From Candidatus Methylomirabilia bacterium (GTDB lineage: Bacteria; Methylomirabilota; Methylomirabilia; Rokubacteriales; CSP1-6), in NCBI GenBank assembly GCA_046758965.1, contig JBHIBG010000086.1, forward strand, positions 1 through 11,817: a stretch of DNA of 11,817 bases, read 5' to 3'. Within the stretch, counting starts at the first letter, position 1. Every line of letters begins with the position of its first letter. Both the position numbers and the translations under genes were made by a program. Below the pieces are notes generated by a model. That model saw only the letters and a list, made by a program, of their open reading frames with translations. It searched no databases and was not told the origin of the DNA. Below are positions 7,054 through 11,817 of this stretch, in pieces.

Positions 7054-7085
7054 TACGCCCTTTAGCATACCGCCAAATGGCGTAT
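7054..7085 (-). promoter_or_regulatory. Candidate -10 (TATGCT) overlapped by an imperfect palindrome (possible operator) upstream of the ATPase
   Basis: TATGCT at 7069-7064 on the - strand; CATA-C-CGCCA-AA-TGGCG-TATG at 7066-7085; TACGCC at 7054-7059 and GGCGTA at 7079-7084 are inverted copies. Confidence 0.4.
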
Positions 7086-7332
7086 GAAGCCAGCCTTTTC
7101 CGCCCAACGGCGCCGGCAAGGCCACCACCATGGCGTGTCGTCACCAAGTCAGAGGCTTTATTTCTTGCTCACCCCCACGCCCAGCACCGGCTCCGGTACG
7201 GGCAGTCGTGACGGTGCGAGCCGACCACCGGCGGGAGACCTTAAGCTTGCTGCGGGACAGCCGAGACTAGGTCAGGAGGCTGTCGACCCGATCGCGGGGT
7301 GGAGTTTTACGCGGATCGGGCAGTCTCATCCC

Positions 7333-8727
7333 TGTTGTGTTGGTGGGGGTACTCGGTCGATCATGCAGAGATCACCGTGCACCGCGACCACGTAGGTTCC
7401 CTCGGGGCGGGTGTTGTGCCTTCTACTCACTCTGTCCAGCTTGTCAACATTGAACTTCTGGCCCGCCTGATTGATGATGGCCGGCATGATTACCCTCATG
7501 CTCAAAGGCTTCCTCCTCGTGCTCAGGACCCGCCGCTCTCTGGTGCTCGAACCCCTCGCGTTGCGGCACCAGCTTGCCGTCCTTCAGCGCTCCTCCCCCC
7601 GTCCACGCTGGCGACACCGCGACCGGTTCTTCTGGGTCTTGCTCTGCCGCACGTGGAGCGGCTGGGCGGATGCCGTCTCCCTCGTCAAACCCGAGACCGC
7701 CATCCGGTGGCCCCGGACGGGCTTCCGGCTGTTTTGGGCCCAGAAAAGCCGCCGAACAGGGCACGGCCGACCGCCGGTCTCCCCTGAAGGCCGAGCGCTG
7801 ATCCGACGCATGTCCAACGCCAACCCCCTCTGGGATGCGCCACGTATTCACGGGGAACTTCAGAAGCTGGGCCTCGCGATCTCGCAGGCCGCCGTGTCCA
7901 AGTATATGGTCCGCCAGCGACGGCCACCGTCACAGACCTGGCGCACGTGTCTCGACCACCACCTCCAGAGCCTGGTCTCGGTTGACTTCTTCACCGTGTC
8001 CACGGTGACGTTCAAGGTGCTCTTCGTCTTCGTCGTCCTGGCTCGCGACCGGAGAGGCGTCGTCCACTTCCATGTGACCGACTCCCCAACGCCCCACTGG
8101 CCGGCCCAGCAGATCGTGGAGGCGTTCCCCTGGGAGACCGCCCCGCGACACCTGCTGCGCGACCGCGAGGGGCTCTACGGAGTCGAGTTCTCCAGCCGAA
8201 TGCACTCCATGCGGATCCGAGAAGTCACGACGGCGCCTCAGTCGCCTTGGCAGCATCCGTACGTGGAACGCCTCATCGGAACCCTGCGCCGGGAGTGTCT
8301 TGACCACGTGGTCGTGCTGAACGAGACCCACCTGCGTTGCCTGCTGCGAGATTATCTCACCTACTACCACAGGGTCCGGACACACCTCTCTCTGGAGAAG
8401 AACTCCCCGCACCCGAGATCGGTGGAGCGCCCCGACCAAGGACGAATCGTCGAGACGCCCATGCTCGGAGGCCTCCATCACCGGTACACACGGCTGGCGG
8501 CATAGAGGATCTTGCCTCCCTGCGGGCTGCGCCGATCACGCTGAACTCGTCCGGACACGTGCGTCTCCGGGATGACTTTCGTTCCCCCCTCCCCCGTCGG
8601 TCTGAGATTGCACTGACCACGTCAGTCCCCGCTTGCTTGCCTCTCGGCGCAGAGGCCCGGTGCGCCAGACCAACGGGCTCCGCTGTTCCCGCGATAAGCA
8701 CGCTGGATGGCCTTAATGGAAGGGACA
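7333..8727 (+). mobile_element. Insertion sequence with an rve integrase-core (DDE) transposase, IS481/IS3-superfamily-like
   Basis: Left end ccc|TGTTGTGTTGG (TGT at 7333) and right end GGATGGCCTTAATGGAAGGGACA|ggg (ACA at 8725-8727). TGT...ACA termini are typical of IS481-family elements. The right end coincides with the point where the beta-helix/Ig gene loses its normal sequence. Terminal inverted repeats are poor beyond TGT and there is no target duplication, so the left boundary is less certain. Confidence 0.65.
7486..8505 (+). CDS. Integrase core domain (rve) transposase
   Basis: ALRHQLAVL, VKPET, NPLW.APRIHGELQKLG, DDE triad in VDFF / LRDR / YVERLIG, RRECLDH, GGLHHRY. The start is ambiguous (7471/7474/7477/7486/7498). 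Confidence 0.92.
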   Translation: MITLMLKGFLLVLRTRRSLVLEPLALRHQLAVLQRSSPRPRWRHRDRFFWVLLCRTWSGWADAVSLVKPETAIRWPRTGFRLFWAQKSRRTGHGRPPVSPEGRALIRRMSNANPLWDAPRIHGELQKLGLAISQAAVSKYMVRQRRPPSQTWRTCLDHHLQSLVSVDFFTVSTVTFKVLFVFVVLARDRRGVVHFHVTDSPTPHWPAQQIVEAFPWETAPRHLLRDREGLYGVEFSSRMHSMRIREVTTAPQSPWQHPYVERLIGTLRRECLDHVVVLNETHLRCLLRDYLTYYHRVRTHLSLEKNSPHPRSVERPDQGRIVETPMLGGLHHRYTRLAA

Positions 8728-10229
8728 GGGTTCCCGACTATGAGAGCCTGGCTGGTGGAGGCCACATTGCCCGCGTTATCGGTCGCCGTGGCGCCGAGGG
8801 TATGCTCCCCGTTGGTGGTCGTCGTGGTGTCGAAGCTCGTCTGGGCTATGAACGGCTCCGCATCCGCAGTGTTGCCCAGCGTGGCCACTGTCGCGCCGTC
8901 CACGCCGAAGGTCACCGAGGCCACGCCACTCCCCGCATCGCTCGCGCGGGCCTTGAGCGTGATCGTCCCGCTCACCACGGCGCCCCCCAGGGGCTCCAGG
9001 ATGACCACATCCGGCGGCTGGGTGTCGGCCACAACCGCTGGCTCAACCTCCAAGGCCCCGAGATCGAACTCGGCGCTGCCATCGGCGTCTCCGTCTTTCG
9101 GTCTCGCGGCTTCAGCGGCGAAGTCGGCCTCAAAGAGCGGATCAAACAGCGGATCCAACCCGAGCGTCCGCGGATCCAGCCCTTGATCGATCACAGGGGA
9201 GCCATCCGCCAGGGCGAAATCATCATCGGCGGTGTTCGCCAGATCATCGGCCCCGTCGACGTCGGCATACACTGTCGACGGGACCTCGCAGCCGGGGCTC
9301 GCAGTCACGCCGGGGCCTTCCGTCCCGGTGGGGGTGAGGTTGCCGGAATCCGTGGCGTCCAGCGCCGGGCCCTGGATCTCCCCCAAACGGTTGCCGCAGA
9401 TGAGGTTATGGAGCAGGTGGATCCCCTCGGGCTGGGGGCTGGTGGAGCCTTCGCGCTTGATCCCAAAGCGGCCTCCGGTGGAGCCCCCAGCGGTGCCGTT
9501 CTGCGTGATGACGTTGTTGACCAGGAAGACCTCGTGATTCCGGGCCACCTTCACCCCGCTCCAGCGGTTGGCATGGATGGTGTTCTCCACCAGGTGGTGC
9601 GGGCCACCCGTGGCGTCGAGGAAGGTGATCCCGTTCCGGCCGTTGGCGGAGATCAGGTTGTTCACGATCAGGGTGTCGGCGTTCCCCCGATTGATGGTGA
9701 TCCCGCCGTTACACGAGCCGCTCCCGTTGCCGAAGATCCGGTTCTTCTCGATGTGGATCGCCTGGTTCCGGCTGATGCCCCCCGGAAGCGCGATGCCCTG
9801 GCCCCCGGCCCCCGTGATGGTGAGGCTCCGGAGGGTAATGAATTTCGACTTCGAGAGCTTGATCGCAAAGCCCTGGGTGCACTGGTCCACCGCGCCGTCG
9901 AGCACCACGCTGCCGGCGGGCGCGGCGGGATCCGCCTCGATGATGATGCGGTCCGCCTCGGTGGCCTCGGCGAAGTTGTTCTTCTTCTGGATCCTGACCT
10001 GCTCCACGTAGGTGCCGGGCTGGATCACAATCCGGTCGCCGGACCCAGCCGCGTCCACCGCCCCCTGAATCGTCCCGTAGCAGGGCGAGAGCCCGCCGCA
10101 GGTGGGGTCCGTGTTATTGACGTAGAGCGTCTGCCCGGGCTGCCCACCGGCAGGCGGCGTCCGGCCGAAGAGGGCCGCGGTGAGCACAGCCACCATCAGC
10201 AAGGCGACCCGCGGGAGCATGCCTCTCAT
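8728..10229 (-). pseudogene. Secreted right-handed beta-helix (pectin-lyase fold, choice-of-anchor-Q-like) + bacterial Ig-like protein, truncated by the IS; the open frame continues to 8622 within IS sequence
   Basis: Signal peptide MRGMLPRVALLMVAVLTAALFG; CYGTIQGAVDAA..GDRIVIQPGTYVE cap; Asn-ladder repeats (IEKNRIFGN, IVNNLISANGRNG, LVENTIHAN, LVNNVITQNG); SPVIDQG...DGDADGSAEFDLGALE; Ig domain DTQPP.V...SDAGSGVASVTFGVDG...NGEHTLGATATDNAGN (~9026-8735). ATG 10229 overlaps the upstream TGA. Confidence 0.85.
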
Positions 10230-11817
10230 CACTCGATCACGCTGATGGTGTCGTCCAGCGTGTTGACCACCCAGGCCCGCGCCCCGTCAGGCGAGAAGGT
10301 CACATTGATCGGGAGCAGCCCGGTGCCGGCCACCGTCGAGACCCCGCCCACTGCGAGGGTGGCAATCACCTGGTCCGTGGCGGTGTCGATGACGGCCACC
10401 TGGGCGGACGGGAACTCCGTGGTGGCGAACACACGCTGGCCGTCCGGGCTCAGGGCCAGCGCCCGGACGAAGGTACCCGAGAACACCGTCGTGAGCACGC
10501 TGTTCGTCGTGAGATCGAGAACAAACACGCTGGCCCGGCCGACATACGCCTTTGTCCCGTCCAGAGAGAAGACCATGTTGCGCGCGCAGCAGAAGGCGAA
10601 GATGGGGATGCTCGCCACAACCAGGTTGCCCTGGGGTTCGATCACGTTCACCGTGCCCTCGTTGACCACGTAGAGGCGCTCGCCCGGGCGGTTGAAGGCC
10701 AGGCGGACCGACGGGGCATCGAGCGTGATCGTCGTCACCTCGGTTAGGGTCGCCGTGTCAAGCACCCGCAGCAGGCCGTTCGGCGACACCCCCGGCTGGT
10801 TCCGGTGCAGGACATAGAGGCGCGTCCCCTCCGGGTTGACCGTAAGCTCGTCCGTGGTCAGAAACGGGTCCAGGGTGGCCTGGGCGAGCTGCGCCCCCGT
10901 GGCGGCGTCGAAGACCGTGATTGAGGTGCCGGCGTTCCCCCCCAACCTCGGTGACCACGTAGAGCCGGCGTTCGTCCAGGCTCAGGGCCAGCACCCGCGG
11001 CGGCAGGGCCAGGGGGAAGAGCCGCTGGGGCGCCCGGGGGGACAGATCCAGGGCCCACACCCCCGGCGGCGTGGTGGTCCCCACGTCGACTTCATTCCGG
11101 GTGAGGCTTGTCGCGACATTCAGCGCCGGCCGGGAATCCCCAAAGGGCAAAGTCGCGAGCCCCGTGCCGGTCGCCGGGTCGAACGCCACCGTCGTGGGAG
11201 CCACGCCGTTCACGACATACGCTGCCGAGCCGTCAGCCGGAACGATCAGCCCCAGGGGTACCGTCAGGCCGAACCGGTCCAGCGCCGTCGACCGGAGGGT
11301 ATTGTCCGCGCTGTCGACCACGCTGACCGTGTTGCTGCCGCTGCTCAGGACGTAGAGCTCGCCTCGACTCGCGACCACGCTCAGGCCAATCGGGCTCAGC
11401 CCCGCAGAGAGTGTGGCCACGAGGCTGAGCGCCTGCGTGTCCACCGCCCGGGCGGTGTTGTCGGTCGCACTCACCACCCACAGCGTGCCCCCGTCGGGCG
11501 TGACCACGACCGCCTGAGGGGCCGCCAGCGAGGGCGTCGCGCCCACGGGCGCCGTGCCCACCGGCTCCAGCGTGGCCGTGTCCCTGACCGTCAGCGTCCC
11601 CCCAAAATCCACCACGTAGAGCCGCGCCCGATCGGGGCTCAAGGCCACCACCACGGCCGTGTTAATGGTTTCAAGCACGGTCCCGGTCTGAAGATCCAGG
11701 ATCTGCACCGCGTTCACTGAGCCCGGGAACCCCCCCGCCAGGTAGAGCCGCTGGCCCCCCAGGTCCAGCGCAAAGCTGTTCACCTGGATACCCGCGGTCA
11801 CGGTCTGCACCACCTGG
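10229..11817 (-). pseudogene. YVTN/YncE-like multi-bladed beta-propeller protein, frameshifted at a G7 tract (5' end outside the window)
   Basis: Repeated blades (ALSPDRARLYV, VTPDGGTLWV, VNPEGTRLYV, FSLDGTKAYV, LSPDGQRVFA, FSPDGARAWVVN..DDTISVI) continue across ORFs 10758-11813 and 10229-10945. Removing one G from the run at 10943-10937 joins them as ...YVVTEVGGNAGTSITVFD... Confidence 0.85.

Noticed and set aside
7102..7108. GTTGGGC (- strand) as an integron attC core site before the ATPase gene
   Set aside because: No complementary RYYYAAC at a suitable distance upstream on that strand, no attC after the ATPase or following genes, and no integron integrase in the window.
8337..10673. 778-aa + strand ORF
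   Set aside because: Antisense shadow of the beta-helix and propeller genes in high-GC DNA. It has no recognisable motifs and crosses an IS boundary.
10836..11720. 294-aa + strand ORF
   Set aside because: Arg-rich antisense shadow of the beta-propeller gene.
1..11817. CRISPR array, tRNA, rRNA or known riboswitch
   Set aside because: I saw no regularly spaced repeats, cloverleaf or recognisable RNA-family motifs by eye. An Infernal/Rfam scan would be needed to exclude ncRNAs in 95-190, 7090-7480 and 8506-8727.

Overview
This is a GC-rich bacterial window with two distinct halves; the gene style is reminiscent of Rokubacteria/Methylomirabilota, but that is only an impression. Bases 1-3899 (+ strand) hold ordinary housekeeping genes: a small secreted His/Cys protein with its own promoter motifs and terminator, a stand-alone Lon N-terminal (substrate-binding) domain protein that appears leaderless, an agmatinase-family ureohydrolase, and a coupled thiolase / DUF35 (Zn-ribbon + OB-fold) pair. 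Bases ~3900-11817 (mostly - strand) look like a broken-up polymorphic-toxin (Rhs/YD-repeat) locus. In transcription order it contains: a YVTN/YncE-like beta-propeller gene frameshifted at a G7 tract; a translationally coupled signal-peptide + beta-helix + Ig gene cut by an rve-integrase (IS481/IS3-like) element with TGT...ACA ends (7333-8727); a COG1672-like AAA ATPase flanked on both sides by GGCGTA motifs; a Gly/Ala-rich hydrophobic ORF resembling an Rhs C-terminal toxin, coupled (ATGA) to a 3-TM + Zn-ribbon candidate immunity gene; and a headless, tailless DUF6531/YD-repeat Rhs fragment. All family assignments come from recognising motifs by eye; no database searches were run.
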